Source of the DNA: Octopus bimaculoides
Lineage: Eukaryota
DNA length: 64,000 nt
Direction: 5' to 3'
Assembly (NCBI RefSeq): GCF_001194135.2
Contig: NC_068984.1
Coordinates: 16,065,389 to 16,129,388 of the forward strand
Positions 1-14,002 of the stretch are shown one piece after another (position 1 is the first letter of the stretch; each line of letters opens with the position of its first letter). Made by a program: the position numbers and the translations under genes. Under the pieces are notes generated by a model, which saw only the letters and a list, made by a program, of their open reading frames with translations, did no database searches and was not told where the DNA came from.

Positions 1-175
1 GGAGCCACAATTGGGATTTCGTGCCTTTTCGAGCGGGGTCGTTGCAACGCGAAGACGTGCGTGGCGATCGTCCAGATGAGGGAGAGGCAGCTGCTATTTC
101 TAGCGTTCTTCGGGTCGGGCCAGGCGCGAGGACAGGATACCACAAGACAGGTTCGTGGAGCAGAAGGAAGACGAG
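1..175 (+). other. CpG-rich segment ending in a consensus + strand donor (GAG|gtaagc); possible antisense first exon or promoter region
   Basis: About 17 CpG in 175 nt against an AT-rich background; GT at 176-177. Confidence 0.35.
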
Positions 176-460
176 GTAAGCTGATTACTTCTAATCACAA
201 CACCACAGCTCAGTAAAGGTTTAATGATGTTTTCAATTTACTACTGTAACCCACTCTGAATTTAATAGACTACATCCTGTGATTTGGATTAATGGAAGTA
301 AGCAGAAATGCTGTTGCTAGACAGCTATCAGTCCTAGATATTTAGATTAATATTACAGAAATGGAGAAAAATATTTCAGACTTATGCACATTTGGTAATA
401 GAGTTGATTAAAGATTGAGCAGAACCTCCATTGAGGTGTGTCAGAAAAGTCAGTTTAGTT

Positions 461-645
461 CAGTGCTCCGAAACCTTTTTAGACTTGTGGTACACTTATA
501 TTCTTTTCAAAATTTGACAGCACACTTGAACAAATGATATAACTAAAAGTATAAAGAAAAAATTATATTCAGGTTACGCTGTGGCACACCTAGCATCATC
601 TTGTGCCACACCAGTGTGTCATGGCACACTGGTTGCAGGGCACTG
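461..645. mobile_element. hAT-type MITE
   Basis: TIRs cagtgctccgaaacc / ggttgcagggcactg; 8-bp TSD gtttagtt / gtttagct (7 of 8 match). Confidence 0.7.
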
Positions 646-844
646 GTTTAGCTATTTAAGAAGACAAAAGTACATTTATAACTACTTTTGCATTATTTTC
701 CCCTCGCCTTAAAATTGCTGGTTTTGAATCCTGCAAGGAACCTGCATCTCATTCAGGAGAATGTTGTGATTTTGGTCACTTATATACCATGGAGACCAGG
801 TAACTGACCTTATGACTTTTAGTGCTCAAGAAGAAAACAAAAAC

Positions 845-1008
845 TAGGTGCAGAAGTGGATCTGTGGTAAGAAGTTTGCTTCCCGACCATATGACTCCAG
901 GTTCAGTCTCACTGTGTGACACCTTGGGCAAGTTTCTTCTACTACAGCCTTGGGCTGACCAAAGCAGTGTGAGTGGATTTGGTAGACGGAAACTGAAAGA
1001 AGCCCATC

Positions 1009-1047
<39 letters not shown>

Positions 1048-1800
1048 TATATATACATGACTGAGACCTTTGGTGATATGCTGTGCTTGAGAAGACCTAT
1101 CAAGCCAAGTGAAATCATAGTCACGGCCGATGCTGGTGTCACGTAAAGAGCACCTGGACCAGAGGCACATGAAGAGTGCATTTCAAGCGTTGGGTCACAC
1201 GGAGTCAAAGTGGCTGAGTTCCTTTTGAGTGTTGGGCCTCACAGAAGCAATGACCAAGACCTTTTGGCATTATGTCATGGCAGATACTGGTGTCATGCAA
1301 ATGGCACCTGTGTTGGTGACACATAAAAGCACCTATTACACTCTCAGAGTGGTTGGCATTAGGAAGGGCATCCAGCCATAGGAAACCATGCCAAATCAGA
1401 CTGGAGTCTGGTGAAGCCTTCCAGCTTACCAGCCCTGGTCAAACTGTCTAACCCATACCAATGTGGACAACAGACGTTAAATGATGATGATGATGATGAT
1501 GATGATATATATATATATATACACATGTATATATGTGTTTTTATATATGTGTGTGTGTATATGTGTGAGTGTGTATGTGTGTGTATGTGTCTTTGTGTCT
1601 GTTTGTCCTCCACCATCACTTGACAATTGGTGTTGGTTTGTTTACATCCCTGTAACTTAGTGGTTCGGCAGAAGAGACTGGCAGAATAAGTACAGGCTTA
1701 AGAGATAAAGTCCTGAGGTCAATTCATTCAACTGCAATTCTTCAAAGCGGTGCTCCAGCATGACCACAGCCTAATGACTGAAACAAGTAAAAAAAGGTAA
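845..1800 (+). mobile_element. tRNA-headed SINE family A, interrupted by an RTE-tail element (about 1060-1505)
   Basis: Head ggtgcagaagtggatctgtggtaag...ggttcagtc...ccttgggcaag, a (TA)/(TG) middle, and tail ending atgactgaaacaagtaaaa; same layout as the copies at 27586 and 36326. Confidence 0.75.
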
Positions 1801-1851
1801 AAAAAAAATAAAAAGGTATATAATTAATGGTTGAGAAATTTCTATTCTTAC

Positions 1852-2053
1852 CCTTTTTCTCTTTGTTTATCTTCTCTGAGACCTCTTCATTTACATCCTG
1901 TGTGCTTAAGTCTTCAGTTGGAGGAGGTTTTGTTAAAGCAACCAACTGAAGTGTAATTTCGTCTCCAAGAGTTAGGTCTCTGATTCGTAAGGAATTAATT
2001 TCAGGTGGAATCACAGAACCATACAAAAGACTATTTTTAAACATCTGGTAGCC
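1852..2053 (-). CDS. Exon 22: [67 protein letters not shown] (FN3-6)
   Basis: Acceptor tgtgttttacacag, donor G|gtaaga; 202 nt, phase 0 to 1. The gene continues beyond this point. Confidence 0.92.
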
Positions 2054-5000
2054 CTGTGTAAAACACATTATAATAATGATTAAACTGATTAACAAAGATA
2101 ATTAACGAGTCTTAGAAAGCATAATTGTTGATAACAGAAAACTAGAGAAAGTTTAGAAGTTCTGCATATTTTTCCATTCATTTCGGAATGAAATAGAATG
2201 AAGGAGCCTCTGCATATTGTTATTCATGACCAGAAGGGGTCTTTATGCAGACATCTATTTGTACTTATATTTCCATTGCAGACAAATTATAATAACAACA
2301 TTGTACTATTATTTCATTTTTGTATTTGGTTCACAAGATTCTTGATGTAAATTCATGTGTTGGAACAGATTTTGTTATAACTTGGGAGGATTATTATGCC
2401 AATAATAAACACATGCACTGGTTCTATCTCACTTCTTTATTTTTTTTATTTGCCAGTTGGTTAACTACTTCACCAATTAACTAATTGATTGTTTGATTAA
2501 TATTTTAGTTAATCAATCAATCAATCAGTTAGATTTGTCAAAACCCTTTCATCACAATTTGTAACTTTGTCAATGACATGCCCTAAAGGACCTGGAGTAA
2601 AGAGGTCATATCATTGAAGAGGTCACAAAGGGCAATGAAAAGACTTTGACAAATACAACTAATTGGTTGTTTTACTGAATGACTAATCAAACGATTAGTT
2701 AACCAATTGACAAATAAAAAGAAAATAAAGAAGTAAAGTAGAAACAGTGCATGTGTTTATTATTGGTATAATGATCCTCCCAAAATACAACAAAATCATA
2801 TCGTTACATTATTTACAACTCTATTATATTTGTTCTATTATGCACATACACACCCAGGGTGGAGTTCAATACGTTTGCTATTTGTAACTCTCTTTTGAAT
2901 ATAATTATTACCAAATATTAATTCTAATTCGAACTTTTCTTTCCCACCCTGCAATCAAGATACTTAACAGCGAATCTGTTTCAAAAACTGAGAATCTTGT
3001 TGGTTGAAAGTCCTGACAACTCCCATGTTGTGTGTGATATTATTGTCACTTTACAGGTATTAATTACTATTATCGTAATTTGAGATGCAAAATACTTTTT
3101 GTTGTATTTGTTTATTATGCTAATAAAGTGAAATGAATTGGAAAAAAGAAGTAAAATTACAAGCATGTCATCGAATTATAGCAGTTTAGTGACAATCTAC
3201 AGATTACTGTATATGTTTACAGAGGAGGGCAACGACCTGAGGATGGGTTTGTTAATGTAATGTGTGGGTTGAAATACGCAGCTCTGGTTCTGGATTTTTT
3301 AAATAAAAGTTGCTAAAGTAAATATCAAACAGTGGTAAATGATGAAAAATACAGTTCATATTTGTTGGGTATCGAATATGTTTAATCAGAGTTATTTAAG
3401 AAGCACATCAACAGCCACAACAACAATACCACCACCACCGCCACCGCCATCAACAACAACAACAATAACAAGAATAATCAGTCCAATAATAATGACAGAA
3501 ATGTCGATGAATCTTTTCTACTCTAGGCACAAGACCTGAAATTTTGGGGGAGTGGACCAGTCGATTAGATCGACACCAGTATGCAACTGGTACTTAATTT
3601 ATCAACCCCGAAAGAATGAAAGGCAAAGTCGACCTCTGCAGAATTTGAACTCAGAACGTAGACAGATGAAATACTGCTAAGCATTTCGCCCGGTGTACTA
3701 ACATTTCTGCCAGTTTGCTGCCTTAGAAATGTTGATGAATACAACAATAGTAATCATCATCATCATCAGCGTTTAATGTCCACTTTCCATGCTAGCATGG
3801 GTTGGACGATATGACTGAGGACTGGCAAATCAGATGGCTGAACCAGGCTCCAATCTGATCTGGCAGAGTTTCTACAGCTGGATGCCATTCCTAATGCCAA
3901 CCACTCTGAGAGTNNNNNNNNNNGATGCCATTCCTAATGCCAACCACTCTGAGAGTGTAGTGGGTGCTTTTACGTGCCACTGGCACGAGGGCCAGTCAGG
4001 CGGTAATGGCAATGGCCACGCTCACAATGGTGTTTTTTTTTACTTGCCACCTGCACAGGAGCCAGTCCAGCGGCACTGGCAATGACCTCGCTTGAATGTT
4101 TTTCACATGCTACCGTCACAAGTGCCAGTAAGGTGACACTGGTAACGATCACGCTCAAATGGTGCTATTTATGTGCCACTGGCATGGAAGCCAGACAGCT
4201 GCTCTGGCAATGATCATGCTCGGACTTGTCCCAACAGGTCTTCGCAAGCAGAGTTTAGTATCCAATGAAGGAGAGGTTGGCATAGGTGCCAATCGTCGAA
4301 TTTGGTTTGATGAGGATATCAGTCATTTTCTTGCTGTATAGCAAAATTTTTTTCATACACAGTCTTTTGTGTGAAGCACTCACTGATTAATATATACTTG
4401 ATATGTAAATAATATACTGATTTCAAATTTTAGCACAAGGTCAGCAATTTTGGGGAAGGGGTAAGTTGATTACATTGCATCAGTGTTCAACTGGTACTTA
4501 GTTTATCAACACTGAAAGGATGTGTAGCAGAGCTACATATTACATAGAATATATTCATCTTCTGTGCAGGTTGACTCACATATTACTATGTAATATGTAG
4601 CAGCTACAAATGGAAGGCAAAGTCAACCTCGGTGGAATTTGAACTCAGAATATAAAAATGAATGAAATGCTGATGATTCTGTCAGCTCACTGCCTTTGAT
4701 AAGTAAATAATATTTTGAATTCTGGTCTCTGCAGCTGGAAGTCCTTCCTAAAACCAACAACTTCACAGAGTGTATTGGGTGTTTTTTTCATGTCACAGCA
4801 TTAGTGAAGTCACCAAGTAATCTGTATGACGAAGACAAACCCCCTCAACTATGTGGGGATATGGACGATAGAAAGGTGGCTTTATACCTGATGCTGAGAG
4901 GTTAAAATACAATAGAGGGACAAGCACAGGTATCTTGCTAAAGAGGAAATACATGGCTATCCCACATTATATGAAGGTAGGTGGGAGTAGCTGAGAAGAG

Positions 5001-7948
5001 AGATAAAGATGGAGGTGGTGTGGTGTTAGAGTATTCTCTCAGGACAGAAGAAGGTGAGTACAATTGAGAACATGGACAAAGGAAGGAGCCAGTTTATATA
5101 TTCTTAAAGAATAGAAATTTACCGTAATGACGACACTCTTTTGTTCTGGTATTTCCCAGGCTACATCAATTCCATCTGGAGTCATGCTTTCAAGATACAG
5201 TTTTGGTGATCCAGAAGTTTTCGATGAACAAACAGTAAGAGTATTGGAGGGAAGGCTGTCACTCAATACAAAAATATGTTTGCTCCCTGGTTCAATGTGG
5301 CTTTGACCACAAACTGACTACAACGGACAAACAAATAAACACATGTTCATAAATTACAAGGACTTACAAAATCAAGATTGCTTAAGTAATTAGTTACTTT
5401 CATTAAAAAAGAAAATTAATCTTAGAGATAAATGCTAAAAGGGTTTTTTTAAACCAAATATTTGTCTGTTATTATTCATAGCTTCATCTATTTTGAGTCC
5501 AAAGGTTAAAAATAAATTATTTCATGCTTCTTGAAAGTTTTAAATTCTTATGATATAAACAACATACAATAGAGAAATTCAAAAGAAATGCTTTGGTCCT
5601 ATGGCAAAAAGTCTGTCATATTTATAGAAGATGTATGTTTGGGTTCCACAGACAGCCTCCTACATTTTCTATCCAGTATTTACATGCTATTATTTAAAGA
5701 GGTTGCTCTCAATTGAGGTCCATATAAAACTTCGTTACTTAAATTAATCTGCAATAAATTGGTTATATGTCTACCATACACAAGATATTTTAACAACCTT
5801 TTAATACAATAGCAACATTATTATTTCTAAATCTCTCTTTGAGAGATATTCAGTAACAATTCTCTAAAGTAAAGACTATTTGACAACATAATGGGGCTGT
5901 CCTGGAAGGGATGATTGTTACTGTTGTTTAGCCCAAGGAAACATCGTTTCCAGCTGGCTATATGACACAATATCTGTGTCCTTATATTTTCAAACTGGGA
6001 GTCCAGCCACCCCCATCCAGTACAAAACAACATCTGTGGACTGGTTTCTGGGCTATTGCTCTTTATCAACACAGAGTCACTGTTTTGCTGAATTCTGTTA
6101 AAAAATATAAAGTTTTCAAAGTGACACACAGTCACTGATCTAATAAATAGAAACATTATTGTTTCTAAATCTCTCACAGAGAAATATTCAGTAACAGTTC
6201 TCTAAAGCAAAGACTATTTGCCAACATAATATGGCTGTACTGGAATGGATGATTGTTATTGTTGTTTAGCCCCAGGAAACAATAACAATCGTCCCTTCCA
6301 GGACAGCCACATTATGCTGGCAAATAGGCTTTACCTTTTAATACAATTCTTAATAATATTCAATTATAAAGATATATGACTTTTTTTAAAACAACAAATG
6401 ACATTGATGGGGGCCTATTAAAGTAAAATAGGAACCAAGGGGGTCCATAGATAAAAAATGGTTGAGAAGCACTGATTTAAAGCTTTAGTATTTAGATTTC
6501 TTTATCAAATGTAATGCTTGTTTATATTGTCTTGAATTTATTATATGTTATTTTGTAACTTTGAGAATTCAATGATGAGCTTGTTATTTTTAGAATGGCA
6601 CTGTAGGATAAATGTAAGAGGCTTGATCTGGTCAGTTTGAACATAAAACAGGTAGAATATTTTGGCCAGATATGGCTGGTTTGAATACTAAAGGGTTAAA
6701 GCTTTATCTATTATGAATTCAACAGTTGAAAATGAATTATTTTTTAGTGAGGAGTCGAACATGAATCCAATTTTCTTGCTTGTATTGTGTTAAGCTGCAT
6801 GTACGTTGGTGTGACAAATAACATTCAATCAAAGTTTAGATAACGAGTTTTTATATCACTGTACTTTTACAAAAAGTGCATGTGAAATAGTAAAAGGTGT
6901 ACGAACATAGTTGTTTCATAGCTAGTGAAAATTAGTTGGTTGGTAGTTGGTTGGAGAATAAGTCAGTTGGCATTAATGATAAAAGGTTCATCTTCTGTGA
7001 TTTGTGCTGGAACAGAAGAGAGTAAGGAATGCGCCAGCTACATAATGAGGAAGTTGTAATGGCTAAGAGCAAGGTGAGCCAACTGCTCTGAGAGCCAGGA
7101 GTCAAGAGCTCAGTTTAGTGAGAGTCATGCTGAATAAGGAAAAAGGAAGACTAAATGTCCATCTAGAGTTTATACATTTTTCTGTGTGTCACTCTGAAAA
7201 CTGTATATTTTTGAACAGAATTCAGCAATGCCACCTAGCAAAGCAGCGACTCTGTGTTGATAAAGAGCAATAGCTCAGAAACCGGTCCACAGATGTTGTT
7301 TCGTACTGGATGGGGGGGGGGGCTGGATCGAAAATGCTATGTCACAAAGACTGCTGAGAGTACAGTACCATCAAAGCGCCAACTTCTGACAACAGAACGA
7401 GGAGACATAACTCTGCTCTGTTCCTTTCATTATTATTTAGCCATAGCAATGCTTGCTACACTTTCATGTTTCTCAAAGTTTCTAAATTCTTATGACATAA
7501 GCAACATGTAATTCTCACTGGTGAGAAAAAAGCTTCTAAAATAGAGGAAAAAATTCAAAAAAGATTGTTTTAGTCCAGTGGTAGAACATCTGTTATGTTT
7601 ATAGAAGGTCTGGGTTCACAGGCAGCTTATGATCCCTTCTATCCAAAGGGTTATTAAACCTAGTATTCACATGAGATTATTTACAGTTTTATCTACTTTG
7701 CATTCAACCAGTAAAGAAGATATTAGTTCACTTTACCTTGACATAAACTTTGTAGTTTCTATTGGCAGCAAGTTCTGTTAATGTAAATTGATATCCATTT
7801 TTATCACTATAGCTGTTAGCTTGTATTTCTCCATTTAACTTGTCATTTAAATAGATTCTGTAACGGACAAAATTACAATTTATTTGTTACTAATGTTAGT
7901 ATAAGTATAAAATGAAGAGTAGAGTAAATTCAACTATAAATCATCATT

Positions 7949-7981
<33 letters not shown>

Positions 7982-8429
7982 GTCGTCGTTGTCATCGTTG
8001 TCGTTTAATGTCCGCTTTGCATGCTGGCATGGGTTGGACGATTTCACTGAGGACTGGCAAACCAGAAGGCTGCAACAGGCTCCAATCTGATCGGGCAGAG
8101 TTTCTACAGCTGGATGTCCTTCCTAACGCCAACTACTCTGAGAGTGTAGTGGGTGCTTTTTACGTGCCACTGGCAATCATCATCATCATCATCAATATTG
8201 TTTTAACAACCTCTGTTCCAAGCTTGCATGGGTCAGTCGGAATTTGTTGAGGTAGATTTGTTTACAGCCAGGTGAGCTTCCTGCCACCAGCCCTCACCTG
8301 TTTCCAAGTAAGGTAATATTTCCTTATGGCCAGATATGTTTTCACAGAAAGCTGGAAATGAATGACACTGTTTGTATGATGGTGACACTCATTTACAGCC
8401 ATCATGTGATGTCAAGACAAGGAGACATT

Positions 8430-8506
<77 letters not shown>

Positions 8507-9543
8507 TCTATAACTATACAATAAAGGCAACAAATATATTATGCATCAGATGGTTTATTAATATCAATAAAGGTAAAAAAATACTATGGGTGGGATTTCA
8601 GATAAAAAAAAATCAACCCTGGTGGAATTTGAACACAGAATGAAAAGACTGATAAAATACTGCAAAGCATTTTACCTGGTGTACTAATGATTGCGCTAAT
8701 GATTCTGCCTCTTTGATGTCTTCATCACACAATTAATATTAAAAATATCGTTGCCAGTGCCACTGAACTGGCTCCTGTGCAGATGGCACATAAAAAACAC
8801 CATTTGAGCATGGCCGTTGCCAGTACTACCTGACTGGCCCTCGTGCCAGTGGCATGTAAAAGCGTCCACTACACTCTCGGAGTGGTTGGCATTAGGAAAG
8901 GCATCCAGCTGTAGAAACTCTGCCAGATAAGACTGGAGCCTGGTGCAGCCATCTGGTTCACCAGTCCTCAGTCAAATCGTCCAACCCATGCCAGCATGAA
9001 AAGCAGACGTTAAATGATGATAATGATGATGATCCACTGATTATTAAAAAAGAAATTAATGAGAACTAAATTCAAAAGTTTATTTTTTCAAATGTACAAT
9101 AATGTTAAAGATTATTTACCTGTACATAGAAATATCTTGATCAGAAGATGTAGGGGGTTTACTCCAGCCAATTATGATGCAACCTGATTTGAAAGATGTC
9201 TGTTCTTCTATAGCTGGTGCCAATGGAGAAGCAGGACAGGAAACATGAACTGGTGAACACTGCTTGCTATTTTCAATATTTTGGTCTGGTACAGCTACAG
9301 CAGTTATTGTTACTGTTGAGCCTTAAACCAAGCAAAATAAAAGACACGGCTATATACAACAATACAGTTCTATATTTAAGAGATGAGGAATTATGTACAT
9401 TATTTACATTATTTACATTTGACGGATATTTGTCCTCATTTTGTTTGTTGTTAACATGTTTCAGCTGATATAGCCTCCAGCCTTTATCAGGTGTCTTGGG
9501 GGAAATTTCGAACCTGGGTTCTCATTCTTAAGGTATTTTTTGA

Positions 9544-9599
<56 letters not shown>

Positions 9600-9724
9600 A
9601 ATTGAACTCAGAATCTTGGGATTAGTAGCCTGCACTCTTAACCCCCATGGGCATATGGCGCAGTGGTTAAGAGCGTGGGCTACTAACCCCAAGATTCCGG
9701 GTTCGATTCCAGGCAGTGACCTGA

Positions 9725-9761
<37 letters not shown>

Positions 9762-10009
9762 TAATAACAATAATAATAATAACAACAACATCGATTTCCG
9801 CTGAAGTCGACTTTGCCTTTCATCCTTTCGGGATCGATTAAATAAGTACCGGTTACGCACTGGGGTCGATATAATCGACTTAATCCACTTGTCTGTCCTT
9901 GTTTGTCCCCTCTGTGTGTAGCCCCTTGTGGGTAGTAAAGAAATAACACCTTCTGGGCTATCTGACCCTTGACCTAGTAAAAATTAGGGATGTAACTACT
10001 GGAGGAAGA

Positions 10010-10053
<44 letters not shown>

Positions 10054-12144
10054 GTATTTGTGTGTTAGCATGAGAAAGCCTTCTTTCCCTTTGATATTTA
10101 TTTCCAACTGAGTCGTGAGCATAGAATACGAAAATGGTATGTAAAGAAGAGAGGAGAAAAATGTGAAGCATATGTAAAATGTAAACTCCTGGGAATGGAG
10201 TGGAGTGAGGACACATGAAGAAAAAATGCAATTTTGTGTATTTCTTTTGACTAATGAGTAATGTTGCACCTGGTTTGATTTCCTTTTCAATTCTAGTGGC
10301 AGGTGTGTTAATTAGTTGCTCATCACATTGAGAATTATAAAATACTTTGAAACCTGTCAGTTTAAGATCAGGATGGAGCTCTTTTGGTTCTTCAATGCAG
10401 AATGAAACCTAGAAATAAAAAAATTAGAGCAATATAATGACATGTCATCTACATTAGTAAATAATGGTGGAATTATAATATCTTTTCTATATTTCTTCTT
10501 TTCCCTCGTGTCTGACATATGATGAGAGATGAAGATTAAAAGATTAACGAAGAAAGAGAGCCCGGGAGAAGAGTGAGATACAAAGAGTAAGAGCAAATGG
10601 AAACATGGTCAGCATATAAAAATAGACCTATTAAGGTGAAATCATATTCTTTTACTTTTATTCTTTTACTTGTTTCAGTCATTTTGACTGCGGCCATGCT
10701 GGAGCACCACCTTTAGTCGAGCAAATCGAACCCAGGACTTATTCTGTGTAAGCCTAGAACTTATTCTATCATTTTCATTTGCCGAACCGCTAAGTTACGA
10801 GGACGTAAACACACCAGCATTGGTTGTCAAGCGATGTTGGGGGACACACACACAAACATACACACACACATACATATATATAGATATATACGACGTGCTT
10901 CTTTCAGTTTCCGTCTACCAAATCGACTCACAAGGCTTTGGTTGGCCCGAGGCTATAGTAGAAGACACTTGCCCAAGGTGCCACTCAGTGGGACTGAACC
11001 CAGAACCATGTGGTTGGTAAGCAAGCTACTTACCACGCAGCCACTCCTGCACCTATATGTAATTATAATTAAGGGCATAGAAAAATTCTAGCTTATATAC
11101 TGAAAATAGTTAAATTGTCCAACCACTTTAAAAATCCTCATGTGTGTAACTTTGTGATGATTTTTAAAGTGGTTGGATGATGTAGCATCTATTTTCAGCA
11201 TATAGGCTAGAATGTTTCTATGCCCTTAATTATATCATCATCATCATCGTTGTTGTTGTCGTTTTATGTCCTCCTTCCATGCTGGCATGGGTTTAACAGT
11301 TTGACTGAGGGCTGGTGAGCCAGAAGGCTGCACCAAGTTCCAATCCGATCTGACATTGTTTCTACAGCTGGATGCCATTCCTAACACCAACTACTCTGAG
11401 AGTGTAGTGGGTGCTTTTTACGTGCCACCGGCATAAAGGCCAGTCAGGTGACACTGGCAACGATCACATTCAAATGGTACTTTTTACATGCTACAGGTAC
11501 AGGACCAGTGAGCCAGGCTATAATTATATATGTATATATATATATATATGGACATGGACAGCTGTTTAAAGAAGTGGTGATCTCTAACTGTGGAGGGAAC
11601 CTGTGGAAGAGGTAGTCTCGAGAAGACATGGGACAAGGTGGTGAAGCATGATCTTCAAATGCTGGGTCTCACAGAATCAATGACAAGTGACCAAAACCTT
11701 TGGTAATATGCCATGCTTGAGAAGACCTATCAAGCCAAGTGAAATGTAAGTTGTGGCTGATGCTGGTGTCACATAGCTGGCATCCATGCTGGTGGCATGT
11801 AAAAGCACCCTTTGAACGTTGGGCCACATTGAAGTGATGACAGGTGACTGAGACCTTTGGTAATATACTGTGCTTGAGGTGACTCACCAAGCCAAGTGAA
11901 ATTGTAGTTGTGGCCAATGCTGGTGTCACATAACTGGCACCCGTGCCTGTGGCACATAAAAAGCACCCATTACACTCTCAGAGTGGTTGGCATTAGGAAT
12001 GGCTTCCAGCTGTAGAAACCATATCAAATCAGATTGAAACTTAATGCAGCTTTCCAGTTAACCAGTTTCAGTCAAATTGTCTAACCCATGCCAGCATGGA
12101 AAGTGGACGTTAAATAATGATGATGATTATAATTATCACACACA

Positions 12145-12210
<66 letters not shown>

Positions 12211-13969
12211 TATAAACCTGTTACCAGTTCAAATATGTTTGTGATGTATTCACTGTATTTTGTCATGGAGAAAAATTCTCACTGTTGACAAATAGGTGTA
12301 ATAGGTGTACTGCAAGAATTTTTTTCCATGACAAAATATAGTAAATGTTTTTCTGATGAGTTCAAATAAGTCTCAAGCATATTTGAACTGCCATCCTCAA
12401 ACCTGAAATGGCTGAAATTAAACTGCTTGCTCATTAAATGAATATTGTCTTTCAAAATTGAGATTTATAAAATTATTCTCATTCCTCCAGAAAGTATTCA
12501 GCAGAACTATTTGTGATTTGCTGTCAACAATTTCAAAGGACAGTATAATCAATATTTGCATTCTTTCACAGATCCAGAGGCAGAGTAAGCTCTACTTCTT
12601 TGTTCCATTTCATCTGGAAGCTTAGAGACTAAAGTAATGGCTGCCTTACAACAACATAAACAGTTGTTGAATGAGTGCTTCCATGCTCCAGGGGTTTATG
12701 TAACTTTGTGCTCTACATGTCTGAGAAATGACAAACTTGAAGCAACTCATAGTATTCATCAGAAGAAAATATGAGGTGATCTTCAATTGCCATTACAGAC
12801 AAAACTCTTTACCTTGAGTCAGTCACAATCTAGTGATTCAAAAAATACTGCCAGGGAGAATCAAGGGCTCGCCTCCCTAACAAATGCAAGTTGTCATCCA
12901 TTTGCTTTTCCGGCACCTTAGTAGTGCCTTCACAATAATTTATAATAACTTATGTGGCATTCTTTAATGATTTTCATTGTGTGACTCAAACTAGCCAATG
13001 GAAATTAGCTTACTAGAGGCCAATTAGAAACCATCTTTCAAGCTGAATGCAACAAAAGCCTCACTTAATTCAATAAAATAATGACCGTATGAGTTATTAA
13101 CAGCTTATCTATCTGCACATATACCATATAACATATTTGGGGCTTTTCTCTTATATGCAAAACATTAAAAAAGAATTACCGTATATAAATCAACTTTGAA
13201 AGAAGTTAGTGATGGAGGTCCAGGTGGCCCTTTCAGTGAGTAGACTTTCTCAGAAGACTTGATATTTAGATTTTCATCTCCACTTGAATATGTTCCATTG
13301 ACAGAGAAACTAAGGGTGAAATAAAGAGACAGATATTGAGCTATAATATAGGTACAAAGAGGCAGACTCATAATCAATTTTATCAGTGACTCTCAGTCTT
13401 TGATTGATACTTTATTTCATTGACTCTCAAAAGATGAAAAGAAAACTAGACTCTGGTGGAATTTGAACTCAGATTATAAAGAAATATAACAAAAAAATTC
13501 CACAGACTATTTTGCCTGTACAACACCATAGATATATATTATAACACTAACATGTATTATATTTGACTTTTTACTTACCAAATATTTAAATGACTCCCTT
13601 GCAGGTTGTAGACTTAATTTGTCAGTTTAATACTACAACCTGGCTCTAGGACACCTTAGGTAAAGCCCACTTTACTGGAAGCATTCAGGCTAGATCAATG
13701 TTCTGAGGTTAACCTATGAGTCTAGGTTACTATTCCTTCCTTCCAACTCACTGGTACTGGAAACCTTTGGAAAATGCTCAAAGCATTGCTTTCCTTCTGG
13801 CTAAGCAATATGCTTAAGAAGTTCGCTTCCTAACCACATAATCTTAGGTTCAGTCCCACTGCACAGCACCTTGGGAGAATGTCTTTAACTATTCTACTAT
13901 AGCCCTGAACTAATCAAAGCCTTATGAACGAATTTGGTGAATAGACTGAAAGAAACCTTTCAAATAATA

Positions 13970-14002
<33 letters not shown>

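Noticed and set aside
242-276. Possible next minus exon (G)CSLLNSEWVTV after exon 22
   Set aside because: Phase fits, but the segment is only 35 nt, the donor is ordinary and no downstream partner is visible. Unsupported without RNA data.
3873-3956. 33-bp direct repeat flanking a 10-N gap (similar case at 24340-24410)
   Set aside because: Typical unmerged contig overlap, an assembly artefact.
9649-9722. Apparent tRNA gene (anticodon loop ACT)
   Set aside because: There is no acceptor-stem pairing and it runs into (AAT)n plus a SINE body, so it is a SINE head.
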